Assembly (NCBI GenBank): GCA_964521215.1
Contig: CAZFRD010000004.1
Span: 241-64,240 of the forward strand
DNA from: an uncultured Pseudomonadales bacterium
GTDB lineage: Bacteria; Patescibacteriota; Microgenomatia; UBA1400; PJMF01
DNA length: 64,000 bases
Direction of reading: 5' to 3'
Part shown: piece after piece, positions 36,993 to 47,173 of the stretch
Position numbering within the stretch: position 1 is the first letter of the stretch
How the letters are laid out: every line of letters begins with the position of its first letter
The notes under the pieces: model-generated
What the model saw: the letters and a program-made list of their open reading frames with translations, nothing else
Told to the model about the DNA's origin: nothing
Databases searched by the model: none
Translations under genes and position numbers: made by a program

Positions 36993-38098
36993 AAATATTC
37001 AGTGCGTTTTTCTTCTTTTAATCGATCCACTAGTTTTTTCACATCTTGACTTCTATTTTTTGGAGCAATCATAATAATATCTGGGGTATCAACAATAATC
37101 ATATCACGCACTCCCAGCAGTGCGACCAAACGACCATTGGAATGTATGAGGTTATTTTGAGATTCCACCGATAGGGTTGGTAGTCGATTTTGATCGCCGT
37201 CACTAATAATGACATTGCCCGCCAAATCTTTTTGGCCCAAGTGGTATACCACTAACCATTCGCCAATATCATCCCAGCCAAAATCTCCTGGTATGAGTAC
37301 TAAGTTGTCAGCTTTTTCTGAGATGGCATAGTCGATTGAAATCGGATCGACGGAGGCATAAACCTTGCTTAATGATCGCGCAAATTCACCTGAAGTTTTG
37401 CCAAGTAAATGTTGAGTGGCTTGCCAAATAGTTGGCTGTAATTTCTTGAATGCGCTGACAATGGTCTTTGTTGACCAAACGTACATATTGGCGTTCCAGA
37501 AGTACTTGCCCGTCGCCAAGAATGCTCGAGCGGTGGTTTCGTTGGGTTTTTCAGTAAAACTTTCGACTTTAAACAAAGATGCAGATCTAGAATTCTGACG
37601 AATTGAGTCGCTGATTTTGATATAGCCGAAAGCGGTTGAGGCAAACTTGGGAGAAATACCGACGGTCACTAGGTACTCATTTTCGGCGGCGACTTCGGCC
37701 GCAGCCTTCATGACTCGAACAAACTCAGTATCATCTTGAACCACGTGGTCGGCCGCAGCGTTAATTACTACTGCCTCTGAGTCTAAATTATGAGCAAAAA
37801 GTGAACCAACTAACATCGCTAGGGCGGTATCTTTTTTTTCTGGTTCTGCTAAAATATTTGCTTGAGGTATTTCTGGTAACAACTCGCCTACTTGCTTGGC
37901 GTATTTCTGATTGGTCACCACGATCATTTTTTCCCAAGGTATAAAAGCGTTTAAGCGCATGGCTGTTACTTGGAGCATGGTCTGCTTACCCATCAACTTG
38001 AGAAATTGTTTGGGAGTTTCATTGCGTGATTTTGGCCATAAGCGCGTCCCTCCGCCGCCTGCCAAGATGACCGCATAAACGTGAGAATCTTGTTTCAT
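36989..38098 (-). CDS. Mannose-1-phosphate guanylyltransferase (GDP-mannose pyrophosphorylase)
   Basis: 'VYAVILAGGGGTRLWPKSRNETPKQFLKL' is the NTP_transferase signature, with a C-terminal beta-helix-like region. Confidence 0.8.
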   Translation of the reverse strand: MKQDSHVYAVILAGGGGTRLWPKSRNETPKQFLKLMGKQTMLQVTAMRLNAFIPWEKMIVVTNQKYAKQVGELLPEIPQANILAEPEKKDTALAMLVGSLFAHNLDSEAVVINAAADHVVQDDTEFVRVMKAAAEVAAENEYLVTVGISPKFASTAFGYIKISDSIRQNSRSASLFKVESFTEKPNETTARAFLATGKYFWNANMYVWSTKTIVSAFKKLQPTIWQATQHLLGKTSGEFARSLSKVYASVDPISIDYAISEKADNLVLIPGDFGWDDIGEWLVVYHLGQKDLAGNVIISDGDQNRLPTLSVESQNNLIHSNGRLVALLGVRDMIIVDTPDIIMIAPKNRSQDVKKLVDRLKEEKRTEYL

Positions 38099-39336
38099 TC
38101 GCCCCTCCTCTGGGTTTTGTCATACTTTTTCATATGTTTTCGCCATTCATCATACACGATTTCTTGAATTTGGCGAATAAAGAATTCTGGTTTAACTTGG
38201 TCTAACTGAGTGAACTGAATAGAATTAACTTTGGCAGATTTGTCTAGAGCACCAATGGCTCGACTAATTTCGGTTGGGTAAATATTTGATAGGCAAATTG
38301 CTTGGGGATGAGTTGCCAGCAGTTCCGCTGCGCCCGAATGGGCTGATAAGATCACTGGCGTGTTCATTATTGAAGCTTGCAAAGCAGTAATGCCAAAGTC
38401 TTCATCCCCCAACATTAGTAACATTTTGGCATGTTCAATCAGGGTATTCCGTTCTTTGTCGGAGACTGTGCCAAGAAAAATAATAGTTTTCTTGGTTTGT
38501 TTTGCCAGACTGAGTGTTTCGATAGTAGTTTGTTGACTGGTGCGAACCAAAGTAAGTTGTGGATACAAACGGGCTAAACGGTGAAAATCTGGACCGGCGC
38601 CAATAATAATGATCGGTAGCTGGGAACTAACACAAGCTTCTATACCTGCTTGAATTCTTTTATAAGCGACTAGGCGTGAGAGGGAAAGAGCGTAGCGCAA
38701 GGGTTTAATTGCTTGGGTTAGGCTTAAATCTGACGTGGTGGTGTTACTGATGACTGGAGGGTACAAAACCCGAGCCGAACGATGGTAAGTCGCATGAATT
38801 TTAGTGGCACTTTTTTGTGAAAGCGTGAGGTAATGATCTGGTCGCAAAGCTGCAGACTGATCCCACCAAGTTAAATATTTTCTCATTAGCGCTACCCCCT
38901 GCTTGATAATTGGGGCGGTATGCCAACCTGAAACCGAAGAATAGGCGGTGTCATATTCATAAAGGTAGCGGGTTGGGGTAAATAGGTAGCAAACGTGCAG
39001 TTGCTCTGGCTTGGTTATCACGCCTTTGGCTTCCGCACTGCTGACGCTGAGAATAATCTGGTAGTCGGCGAGTGATTGCAACTCAAACGCGATCGGCATG
39101 AGTGGCACCAATAAACGATGTAGTCGATGGGCGAAAGGTATTTTTTGCAGAAAACTAGGGCGAACCAACCAGTTTTTGGTCCAAGCCAGCTTGGGGTTCC
39201 AAAGCGAAGTAATGAGCGGGGCGGTGGGAAAAGCTTGATGCAAGACTTGCAACAAATCTTCGGCACCACCAAAGGCGACGGTTGCCCGGTCGTAGACGAT
39301 GGCCATGGTGGGTTGAGCTGAGGTTAGATGACTCAT
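38095..39336 (-). CDS. Family 4 glycosyltransferase (GT-B)
   Basis: C-terminal 'FLGTVSDKERNTLIEHAKMLL...DFGITALQASIMNTPVI' is a GT4 motif. Start chosen at the ATGA overlap with the upstream gene stop; the ORF-track start at 39408 overlaps by 76 nt. Confidence 0.7.
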   Translation of the reverse strand: MSHLTSAQPTMAIVYDRATVAFGGAEDLLQVLHQAFPTAPLITSLWNPKLAWTKNWLVRPSFLQKIPFAHRLHRLLVPLMPIAFELQSLADYQIILSVSSAEAKGVITKPEQLHVCYLFTPTRYLYEYDTAYSSVSGWHTAPIIKQGVALMRKYLTWWDQSAALRPDHYLTLSQKSATKIHATYHRSARVLYPPVISNTTTSDLSLTQAIKPLRYALSLSRLVAYKRIQAGIEACVSSQLPIIIIGAGPDFHRLARLYPQLTLVRTSQQTTIETLSLAKQTKKTIIFLGTVSDKERNTLIEHAKMLLMLGDEDFGITALQASIMNTPVILSAHSGAAELLATHPQAICLSNIYPTEISRAIGALDKSAKVNSIQFTQLDQVKPEFFIRQIQEIVYDEWRKHMKKYDKTQRRGE

Positions 39337-40430
39337 GAACAATGTAACAAATGTTGATAGGTGGTTAATGTTTGTTGAGTCATCTTTTCCCAGCTGTACT
39401 TTTGGCATTGGTGGCGTCCTTTTGCTATCAGGGCTTTTCGTTGAGAGGCAAGTTGTTTGATTGCCTTGACGAAGCTCTGGGGTTCATGCGGCTGGCAATA
39501 GAGCGCAGCGTCTTGGTAAATTTCATGAAAGATGGGAATGTCCGAGGCGATCACTGGTGTGCCAGCCGCCATCGCTTCTAAACCAGTGAGCCCAAAGCCT
39601 TCCGAAAGTGAGGGTTGCATTAAGGCTTGCGCCTTCTGGTAAAGCGTGTGCAGTTCTCCATCCGTTGCCCGACCAAAAAAGACAACTTGTTTTTCTAGAT
39701 CTAGGGTGGTCACTAGCTGTTTAATTTGCTGTGAGAAGACTGAGCGTGATCCAACCAGCACCAAACTGAGTTTGGGCAATTGTTGTAGGGCTTTGAGTAC
39801 GACCGCAATATTCTTGTGCGGATAAAGTGAGCCAACAAACAATAGGAAATTATTAGGTAATGGTTGGCGCAACTTTTCTGGATGACTCAGGCTGACGCCC
39901 TCATAAGTAATTTCTATTTTATTTTCTGCAGAGGGATAGTATTGCAGAAGCGTGTCATATATCTCTTTTGATGGAATAAAAATGTGTTTGGCCTTGCGTA
40001 TGGACAGCGAAGTGACTAAGCGATAGCCAATATATTTAAACCAGTAAAGCCATGGTTGGAGAGTAGTTACTGTTTGTCCACGATGATGGTGCCAAAGCAG
40101 GTCGTGGATGGTCATCACAAATGGCCTGAGGTAAGCAAAAGGCACATTAAAGTGTGGGACATGCAGTAAATCGAGTTTTTCTCGGTAGAATATCCAGGGT
40201 AACCAAGCCTGCTCAGCTATTGAATAATGCTGGATGGGACAAAATACAATGCGAACGTTTTGGTTAGTGCCATGATCAAGCAAGTAATCGGCCTGGGTCT
40301 GATTGGAGCAAAAAAGCACCCATTCAAAAGAGGAAGGACGACTTAATAGAACTCGAACCAGTTGAGCGGTGTAACGTCCAATACCCGCATGATCGGGTCC
40401 TGCTAAGCGGCAGTCGATCCCGATTCGCAT
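39333..40430 (-). CDS. Family 4 glycosyltransferase (GT-B)
   Basis: 'MRIGIDCRLAGPDHAGIGRYT' and 'EGFGLTGLEAMAAGTPVIASD' are GT4 signatures. Confidence 0.8.
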   Translation of the reverse strand: MRIGIDCRLAGPDHAGIGRYTAQLVRVLLSRPSSFEWVLFCSNQTQADYLLDHGTNQNVRIVFCPIQHYSIAEQAWLPWIFYREKLDLLHVPHFNVPFAYLRPFVMTIHDLLWHHHRGQTVTTLQPWLYWFKYIGYRLVTSLSIRKAKHIFIPSKEIYDTLLQYYPSAENKIEITYEGVSLSHPEKLRQPLPNNFLLFVGSLYPHKNIAVVLKALQQLPKLSLVLVGSRSVFSQQIKQLVTTLDLEKQVVFFGRATDGELHTLYQKAQALMQPSLSEGFGLTGLEAMAAGTPVIASDIPIFHEIYQDAALYCQPHEPQSFVKAIKQLASQRKALIAKGRHQCQKYSWEKMTQQTLTTYQHLLHCS

Positions 40431-40433
40431 GAG

Positions 40434-40859
40434 CTATTTTTTAACCACTTTTTTCGTACGCACTACTTTTTTGGTCACTTTTTTGGGCGAATGTTTGGTG
40501 AGAGCGTTGTCGACTAATTTCTCTAACTCCTTCAACTCAGCATCATCCACTAAGCCGGTGGATTGATTGACTTCATTGACTAGGGTCTTCTCTAGTTTGA
40601 CCATTTGTCTTTCACGGAAAAAATTGCCTACTAAAGTAACGACCAATTGCAACGCTCCAAGCGCTAGGGCAACTACAGGAATATATTGCAGTAACATTGG
40701 TTCGGCAGTGAGTTGTTGGTCGGCGTACACAAAACGCACCAGAACTTGGGGAAGTAAGATGGCAACAAATAGTGCGCCAATCATGACTACTAAAGCCTCC
40801 ATCAACGCCTGGAGATTTTTTTGTCTTAAATACTGAATTTGGAATTTGTGGAGGTTCAT
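40434..40859 (-). CDS. Small membrane protein, two TM helices plus Lys-rich C-terminus (unknown function)
   Basis: ORF in operon context. Start chosen at the internal Met abutting the downstream GT2 stop. Confidence 0.4.
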   Translation of the reverse strand: MNLHKFQIQYLRQKNLQALMEALVVMIGALFVAILLPQVLVRFVYADQQLTAEPMLLQYIPVVALALGALQLVVTLVGNFFRERQMVKLEKTLVNEVNQSTGLVDDAELKELEKLVDNALTKHSPKKVTKKVVRTKKVVKK

Positions 40860-41734
40860 ACCGCTCCCTTTCTCATCACTATAAATATTTTTACTAACCA
40901 TCTCACTAAGCTCGGATAGTGGTGAGCGTAGTGTTTGTCATAGTATTGTAGCATGGTATCGAAAAAGTGGCGTTTTGTTTGTGTAGCGATTTTTTGTGAG
41001 GCGTTTTTTAAACCAGACTTATATTTATGATGAATCAGAGTCACCCCGGGATGATAAACGATTAGTAGGCCAGCATCTCTGAATCTTTTGCACCAATCCA
41101 GATCTTCCGCATACATAAAAAATCGCTCGTCCAAGGGACCAACTTGCTTTAGAGCCGATTGTTTGACGATCATGGTTGCACCTGAACAGGCGTCAATGGT
41201 GTGAATGGTGGCCAAGTTTTTATAAGTTTGGTGGTATTGCGCAAAGTTAGTTGATTGGGGAAATAGACGCTCCAAGCCGAGGAAGTAGGTTATGCTTGCC
41301 CAAATAGTTGGTTCGCCCCGATGACAGGCCATATCCATCGAACCATCAGAAAACATCAAGCGAGGCGTGATGACTGCTACATCTTTTCGTTTAGCTGCAA
41401 AATTGAGCAAAGTATCTAAATTAGAATTGTCTGTTAATTCAATATCAGAATTCATTAGCATATAATTACGTGCCGTTACGGCAGAAATACCACGATTATT
41501 AGCGGAGGCAAAACCCGTGTTTGATTCCAATTTTATGTAAGTGACCCAGGGAAATTGTTTTTCCATCATGACTGTGGTGGCATCACTGCTATTGTTATCG
41601 ACCACGACAGTGGTGACTGAGCGTTTGGTTTTTTGCAAATAAAAAGTATCTAAAGTCTGGAGAGTTTTTTCCAGCCAGAACTGACTGTTGAAAGTCACAA
41701 TCACAATAGCAACGTCAAAAATCTTTTTTTCCAT
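40856..41734 (-). CDS. Family 2 glycosyltransferase
   Basis: 'FDVAIVIVTFNSQFWLEKTLQTL...VVVDNNSSDAT' is a GT2 N-terminus; 'MNSDIE' is DxD-like. Confidence 0.8.
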   Translation of the reverse strand: MEKKIFDVAIVIVTFNSQFWLEKTLQTLDTFYLQKTKRSVTTVVVDNNSSDATTVMMEKQFPWVTYIKLESNTGFASANNRGISAVTARNYMLMNSDIELTDNSNLDTLLNFAAKRKDVAVITPRLMFSDGSMDMACHRGEPTIWASITYFLGLERLFPQSTNFAQYHQTYKNLATIHTIDACSGATMIVKQSALKQVGPLDERFFMYAEDLDWCKRFRDAGLLIVYHPGVTLIHHKYKSGLKNASQKIATQTKRHFFDTMLQYYDKHYAHHYPSLVRWLVKIFIVMRKGAV

Positions 41735-42929
41735 GTCTTGCACTTCCCATTTGTTGGTAGATTGTATCAAGTTTTTGTGAAATTAGAGGCCAATCATAAC
41801 GTTTAGTTAAAAAAGATAATCCTTGAGTGGCCATCGTTTTGCGTTTGGCGGGATTTTGTAATAATTCAATGGTTTTTTGAGCCAGAGTGGTGGCGGAGTC
41901 ACCAATTTCTACTTGGACACCAGGTTTGAGACCCAAACCCTCGACCGCAGTGGAGGTGGCGACAATGGGAGTTCCCGAAGCCAGTGATTCAAGAACTTTG
42001 TAACGAGTGCCTTTGCCACTAAAAACAGGGGCGATGAGCACATCAGCGGTGGCAAAGGCATCACGAATATCAGGAATATTGCCCGTAATTCTAATACCAT
42101 GCGCTTTTTTGGCATAACCTAGGACTGTATCGGAGGGCGAATTGCCCACAATATGCAGTTCTGCTTGCGGGATCGCTTGGCGAATTAAAGGCCAAACATT
42201 TTTCACTAAATACGAGACTGCTTCTCGGTTGGGCAACCACTTAAAGGTACCGACGAATAAAATCGTGGGATTGGTATGTATTTGCTTTTTGACTTGGCCA
42301 AACCAGGCAATATCTACCCCGTTGGCCACCACGGCAATCTTTTTAGGTTGATTCACATGTGGCGTGATGGCTTGCTTATCTTCCTCGCTCATGACAATTA
42401 ACCGATCAGCAATGTCCCAGTAATGTTGTTCCCAGTGACGAATTTTTTGAATGTCGATGTCTAAAATCTTTTTTAGGGGCCACCAAGCTTTTTGGGCGTA
42501 ACTTTCGTATCCCAAGGACTCAATTGTCTGCTCGACGAGAATGACGGGGGTAGAAGTTTCAGGCAGATGCGGCATCATGTAAAAAGTTTCGGCATGGATT
42601 AAATCGTAGTGGTTTTGTTCTAGTTCTAGTTTCGTCGCTTTGATTACCGCCGGTACATGATTGCGAATGACTAAAAATGGATAACGAGAAAAAGCCGTAT
42701 GAAAAATGTTTTTAAAAGTAAACGGTTCTTGTGATCGGCGAAAGACTCGAATTTCGTGGCAGTATTTTTTAATTTCTGGAATATACTGGCGTTCTGTATC
42801 GTCCTTGATTAAACAAAATAAAGTAATTTCGTGTTTGTTGGCTAACTGCTTGAGCAGATTGTAGGTGCGAATTTGACCACCAGAAAGCAGGGGAAATGGC
42901 AGATAGGGGGTGAGCATTAAGACTCTCAT
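41715..42929 (-). CDS. Family 4 glycosyltransferase (GT-B)
   Basis: 'MRVLMLTPYLPFPLLSGGQIRTYNLLKQL' and 'ESLASGTPIVATS' are GT4 signatures. Confidence 0.8.
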   Translation of the reverse strand: MRVLMLTPYLPFPLLSGGQIRTYNLLKQLANKHEITLFCLIKDDTERQYIPEIKKYCHEIRVFRRSQEPFTFKNIFHTAFSRYPFLVIRNHVPAVIKATKLELEQNHYDLIHAETFYMMPHLPETSTPVILVEQTIESLGYESYAQKAWWPLKKILDIDIQKIRHWEQHYWDIADRLIVMSEEDKQAITPHVNQPKKIAVVANGVDIAWFGQVKKQIHTNPTILFVGTFKWLPNREAVSYLVKNVWPLIRQAIPQAELHIVGNSPSDTVLGYAKKAHGIRITGNIPDIRDAFATADVLIAPVFSGKGTRYKVLESLASGTPIVATSTAVEGLGLKPGVQVEIGDSATTLAQKTIELLQNPAKRKTMATQGLSFLTKRYDWPLISQKLDTIYQQMGSARHGKKDF

Positions 42930-44371
42930 GGTTTGGTGGTGGTGGGTTTTTGCAAATCTAAAAGTAAATAATCTTGAGTTTTGACAATCGTAAAGTACTT
43001 CTTTTCCAACTCTCTCGCCTCATCATCATAACTGGTAGTGATATAGTATTGCGCTCCCAAGGAGATTTTTTTGTCAATTTCAAATCCGATTGGCCAGCCA
43101 CGACGGTTTGTCTGAAATAAAAACTGGGTGTCGCCGAAGGCGGGAGCAATCACTAAAGCATCACTGGGTGTTTGTTGATCCACCACTTGGCCAGCTTTAA
43201 CATATTCAGAGTGATTCATTTGGTAAAAACCTTTAACTTGGTACCCAGCCAAAATCAGCATCATAAGATAAAGGCTAGTTACGGCAAACCAGGGCTGTTT
43301 AATCTTGAGCTTATGTTTGAGTAACCACGCCAACATCACCATGCCTCGGGCCACTGTCAAACAAATAATGGGCAAGAGCAAATTTTGGTAGTAATCATGC
43401 TGAACGTTGCCTGAGGCAACGACAATTAAATATGCCAAGACTCCCAACCACCAGCTGGCGTACAAAATTCTCTCTGAAAATTTGGTTCGAATTAAACTAA
43501 AAAGAAAAAAGATTGGCCCAATAAAGCCTAGAATCATTTTTGTTAGGCGTTCGTAGCCCAACCAGCGAAACCAGGCTGGCCGGAGCCGAATACCATTACC
43601 ATTGAGCAACCAGTCGGCGGCCGGTATGCCGGAGGGAAACTGCATAATCCACCACCGCCAAAAAAGTAGTGGAACGACGGTGAGTGAGAAAAAGAAAAAT
43701 GCCAGGACATCAAACGGCCGTCGCCAGATGGAGCGAATGGTGGCCGAGGCAATAAACACCGGTAGTAAAAAGGCAACGAACGGTTTTAGTAGTAACGCCA
43801 GGGCGAATAAACCAAAAGCCAACCAGTAGTACTGCCACCGATGTTTGGCCAACCAGTAATTCCAAAAAACTAAAGCGCCCGTACTTGCGGCTAACATAAA
43901 TGGCTCAGGTAGTACGGCTCTTGAATAGAAAACTGAATAAGGCAAAACGGCAAAAGTCAGGGCAGCAAACGCCCCAACTTTTTTGCCAGACCAGAGCAAG
44001 CCTAGGTAGTAGATGGCCGCGACTGTACCTAAAGAAGCGGTAATCGCAGCTAATCGACTCAGAGTTACTAGATCAACCCAAGGAGCGGCTTTGAGTAGCA
44101 AGGCAAGACTGGCTTGAATAATTGGGAATTCGACCATACGATAGCCTTCCAAATTATCCTGCCCGCTCTGAATATTGCTCAAATCGTGATATCTGGGGCG
44201 AAGCACATCAATGCCATTTTTGACGTATTCTCTGGTGACGGAGGCTGTATCTGCCTGACGAAAACTATGCCAATCCAAGACAGTTTGATTGACGCGGTAC
44301 AAACGTAAAAATAACGCTAAAACCAAGATAAATACCAAGGGTAAACTCTGGATCCATTTAGTAATCGACAT
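42926..44371 (-). CDS. GT-C fold membrane glycosyltransferase (PMT/ArnT-like, GT39/GT83-type)
   Basis: About 11 TM helices. First periplasmic loop 'LDWHSFRQADTASVTREY' is a DE/RxD-like motif. Overall architecture is that of polyprenyl-phosphate-sugar dependent transferases. Confidence 0.6.
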   Translation of the reverse strand: MSITKWIQSLPLVFILVLALFLRLYRVNQTVLDWHSFRQADTASVTREYVKNGIDVLRPRYHDLSNIQSGQDNLEGYRMVEFPIIQASLALLLKAAPWVDLVTLSRLAAITASLGTVAAIYYLGLLWSGKKVGAFAALTFAVLPYSVFYSRAVLPEPFMLAASTGALVFWNYWLAKHRWQYYWLAFGLFALALLLKPFVAFLLPVFIASATIRSIWRRPFDVLAFFFFSLTVVPLLFWRWWIMQFPSGIPAADWLLNGNGIRLRPAWFRWLGYERLTKMILGFIGPIFFLFSLIRTKFSERILYASWWLGVLAYLIVVASGNVQHDYYQNLLLPIICLTVARGMVMLAWLLKHKLKIKQPWFAVTSLYLMMLILAGYQVKGFYQMNHSEYVKAGQVVDQQTPSDALVIAPAFGDTQFLFQTNRRGWPIGFEIDKKISLGAQYYITTSYDDEARELEKKYFTIVKTQDYLLLDLQKPTTTKP

Positions 44372-46085
44372 GATGCCGTTTCTTTTTGTTTGTTTTAACA
44401 GTGGCTGAATTTTGGAGTAAGCTACTGGCTCGGACGAGTCCCGCAAAAAACCAAAAAGTATAAGCTACTTTTGAAGCTGCAAAAACATCAATGTAAGTGG
44501 CGTTGATCAGTAATCCAATGGCGCCACACATAAAACCAATGGCTAGGGCTTTGTCCATACGGGTATGGAGTTTGTGAATTGACCAACCAACATAAATAAT
44601 CAAGAAGAAACTCACGCCATAAAAAGTAATAAAGCCCACTAATCCAGTCTCTCCCAGAGTCCGTAGGTAGTTATTGTCGGTACTATCGGCAATGGTAAAT
44701 TCATCAACAAACTGTTTGTTGAGGGTGGCGTAACCAGTGCCAAAAATTGGGTTGGTCTCGAAACTTTGTAGGGCCCATGGCCAGAGTGATTCTAACCGAA
44801 TACAAAGTGACAATTCGTGCTTCAAAGCACAATCGGAATATATTCTAGTTTTGTGGATCACGACTCGCTGAACAGTCCCGTCGGCGAGCGTTTCATACGT
44901 ATCCACTGGCTCAGGAATATCCTCATACACATCTCTTGGTCGGTTGGTGGCAACAGTGGGGCTGGGATTTTGTGGAACTGGCGGTTGGTCACTAATTGAA
45001 GCCACTTGAGCAATAATGGCGGCTTCTAGATCGGGCGCAGCCTGAGCATTGTCGGGAATGGCCGGCGCTTTGGGCAACCAAGCCAACAGTTGATTGGCTT
45101 GAGGCAGTGGTAGCGGATCAAGTAGATTATCAATCATTTGGTTAATATTTATCGGTTGATCTGAGGAACTAATAGCATTGCTGATCCGATCTAACATATT
45201 TTGACCAAAGTAATACAGCATTAAAGTGAGGAAGATTGAGGCGACGAAGGTTCGAGAAATAAAGTAACTAATTTTGTTCAACAATTTTTTTTGCAGTAGT
45301 GTATGAAAACAAATAACTAACATTAAAGCGATTAGAATAGCAGCAAAGGGAATGCGTGAAGCGCTCATTACCATTAGCCAAAATCCAGCGCCAAAAACTA
45401 TCAATAAGGCGAGTTTGCGTTTTTTATTCCGAACTAGAAGCGCGAGCGAGAGGATGATGGGTAAGACAATGACGAGGTAGGCAGCCATGTCGTAATGTCC
45501 GGCAAAAGTGGATTGAATGCGTGCATGTTCGGTTAAAACCAAACGGATGCCCTTGCTGAACTCTCGGTTCATGGTGGAGTAAACCGGCCAGTAAAAGAAC
45601 TTTTGCATATAGCCGTAAACCGCGATGGCAAAAACTGCCATCACTAGTAGTTTGAGTAACAGGCGAACGTCTTTTTTGGATCTGATAGCAGCATAACTGA
45701 CAAAAAAGACGGAAAAATATTCCATATAACGGAAAAAATGCAGAGCGGTTTTTGCTATATGGAGTGGTTGAATGGGAACAGTTTGAGTCACAAATAAGGC
45801 ACTAAGCATGGAGAGGATGCCCGCTACCGCGTAACTACCAATGAGTGCTAAGGTGACTTTGTCAACTTTAGCCCGTTTACGGATAATTTGGATTATGGTG
45901 GCCAAAACGGCGATCAAAACGACAAAGTCTTCCAGTCTAACTCGAACAATGTATTGTTCGATTGGGCTAAAAATGGGAATCTTAGGATAAAGTGGAATTA
46001 GTAGTACTAATAAACCGGCAAAAAAAAGCAAACCATGCTGATCGTACCAGTGGAGTAGTTTTTTGAAGTTATTAATCATTGGCAC
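44358..46085 (-). CDS. O-antigen ligase/Wzy-type polymerase family membrane protein with a Pro-rich periplasmic insert
   Basis: 12 or more TM helices. 'DSTDNNYLRTLGETGLVGFITF' matches the Wzy_C signature (HNxYLxxLxExGxxG). Confidence 0.65.
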   Translation of the reverse strand: MPMINNFKKLLHWYDQHGLLFFAGLLVLLIPLYPKIPIFSPIEQYIVRVRLEDFVVLIAVLATIIQIIRKRAKVDKVTLALIGSYAVAGILSMLSALFVTQTVPIQPLHIAKTALHFFRYMEYFSVFFVSYAAIRSKKDVRLLLKLLVMAVFAIAVYGYMQKFFYWPVYSTMNREFSKGIRLVLTEHARIQSTFAGHYDMAAYLVIVLPIILSLALLVRNKKRKLALLIVFGAGFWLMVMSASRIPFAAILIALMLVICFHTLLQKKLLNKISYFISRTFVASIFLTLMLYYFGQNMLDRISNAISSSDQPININQMIDNLLDPLPLPQANQLLAWLPKAPAIPDNAQAAPDLEAAIIAQVASISDQPPVPQNPSPTVATNRPRDVYEDIPEPVDTYETLADGTVQRVVIHKTRIYSDCALKHELSLCIRLESLWPWALQSFETNPIFGTGYATLNKQFVDEFTIADSTDNNYLRTLGETGLVGFITFYGVSFFLIIYVGWSIHKLHTRMDKALAIGFMCGAIGLLINATYIDVFAASKVAYTFWFFAGLVRASSLLQNSATVKTNKKKRHHVDY

Positions 46086-46122
46086 AGTCTATTGTACCTG
46101 TAATGACCAGAAAGGGTCAAAC

Positions 46123-47085
46123 TCAGAGCTGACGAAGAAGTTGTTGATAGGTTCTTGCCTGTGAACTTCGCCCGAGTAAGGTGAAAAGCACTAGGCGTTG
46201 CATTGATCCCCAATAAATGATCAGTTTGAGAAAAAAGGTAGAGAAGCTTCCAAAATATTTGGGCCAGATTTTTAGTACTCCCCTCGCCTCACCAATTTTT
46301 GCCTGACTAATAGAGCTACTGGCCGATCCGAGATGAGTGACTTTGGCTTGGTGAGCAATGGCACTCTTCCAACCCGCTTGGTTGGCTCGCAAACAGAACT
46401 CCACGTCTTCTGCATACATAAAAATTGACTCGTCTAAACCGCCAACCGACTCGTAAAGTTGGCGAGGAAAACAAACGGCAGTCGCCCCCACCCAGCCCAT
46501 TGACTGAATGGCAGGAGGATTATTGGTTGGCGATTGTCGGCGTTGAAGGGTTGGTAAATAGTTGCCAATTATCGGGAGATCGTCCAACATTAGCCATTGG
46601 CAAGCGGCAGATAATAAAGATATTTGGTCGCCGCCCTGTGGTTGATAACTACCATCTGGATTCCACAATGAGGCGGCGACTAAACCTAATTGTTTGTTTT
46701 TTGTCTGAGCGGGGGAAGTTTGGAGGACTTTAACTAATGTTTCTAAAGCGCCAGTTTGCACAATCGTATCGGAGTTGAGTAATAGGAAGTACTCTCCCCT
46801 AGCTTGTTTGAGCGCCAGATTATTTGCTTGGGCGAAACCCAGGTTGGCTTTATTTTGTATGAGTTTAATTGGAACAGTTTCAGCGCACTTTTTGATGAAA
46901 TCTTTGATGATGGCTTGAGAATTGTCACTAGAGTCATTATCAACGACTATTACCTCACTCGATTTTGCCAGCATTGTTGATTGAGCAATATCAGAAACGA
47001 CGGACTCGAGGCATTGAATGGTTAGCTTGGCGGTGTTGTATGAGATGACAATGATTGAGAGCAGGGATTGCTGTGTTTTCGCCAT
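46123..47085 (-). CDS. Family 2 glycosyltransferase
   Basis: 'LLSIIVISYNTAKLTIQCLESV...VIVVDNDSSDNS' is GT2. The true start is the internal Met (MAKTQQ); the 119-aa ORF-track extension to 47442 overlaps the divergent gene. Confidence 0.8.
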   Translation of the reverse strand: MAKTQQSLLSIIVISYNTAKLTIQCLESVVSDIAQSTMLAKSSEVIVVDNDSSDNSQAIIKDFIKKCAETVPIKLIQNKANLGFAQANNLALKQARGEYFLLLNSDTIVQTGALETLVKVLQTSPAQTKNKQLGLVAASLWNPDGSYQPQGGDQISLLSAACQWLMLDDLPIIGNYLPTLQRRQSPTNNPPAIQSMGWVGATAVCFPRQLYESVGGLDESIFMYAEDVEFCLRANQAGWKSAIAHQAKVTHLGSASSSISQAKIGEARGVLKIWPKYFGSFSTFFLKLIIYWGSMQRLVLFTLLGRSSQARTYQQLLRQL

Positions 47086-47173
47086 TAAAGATACTATACC
47101 GCATCTTAAATAAAGTGCCAGAGTTGCTAAAATGATGTAGTATGATATGTAATAAGAACAAAAAAGATAATTT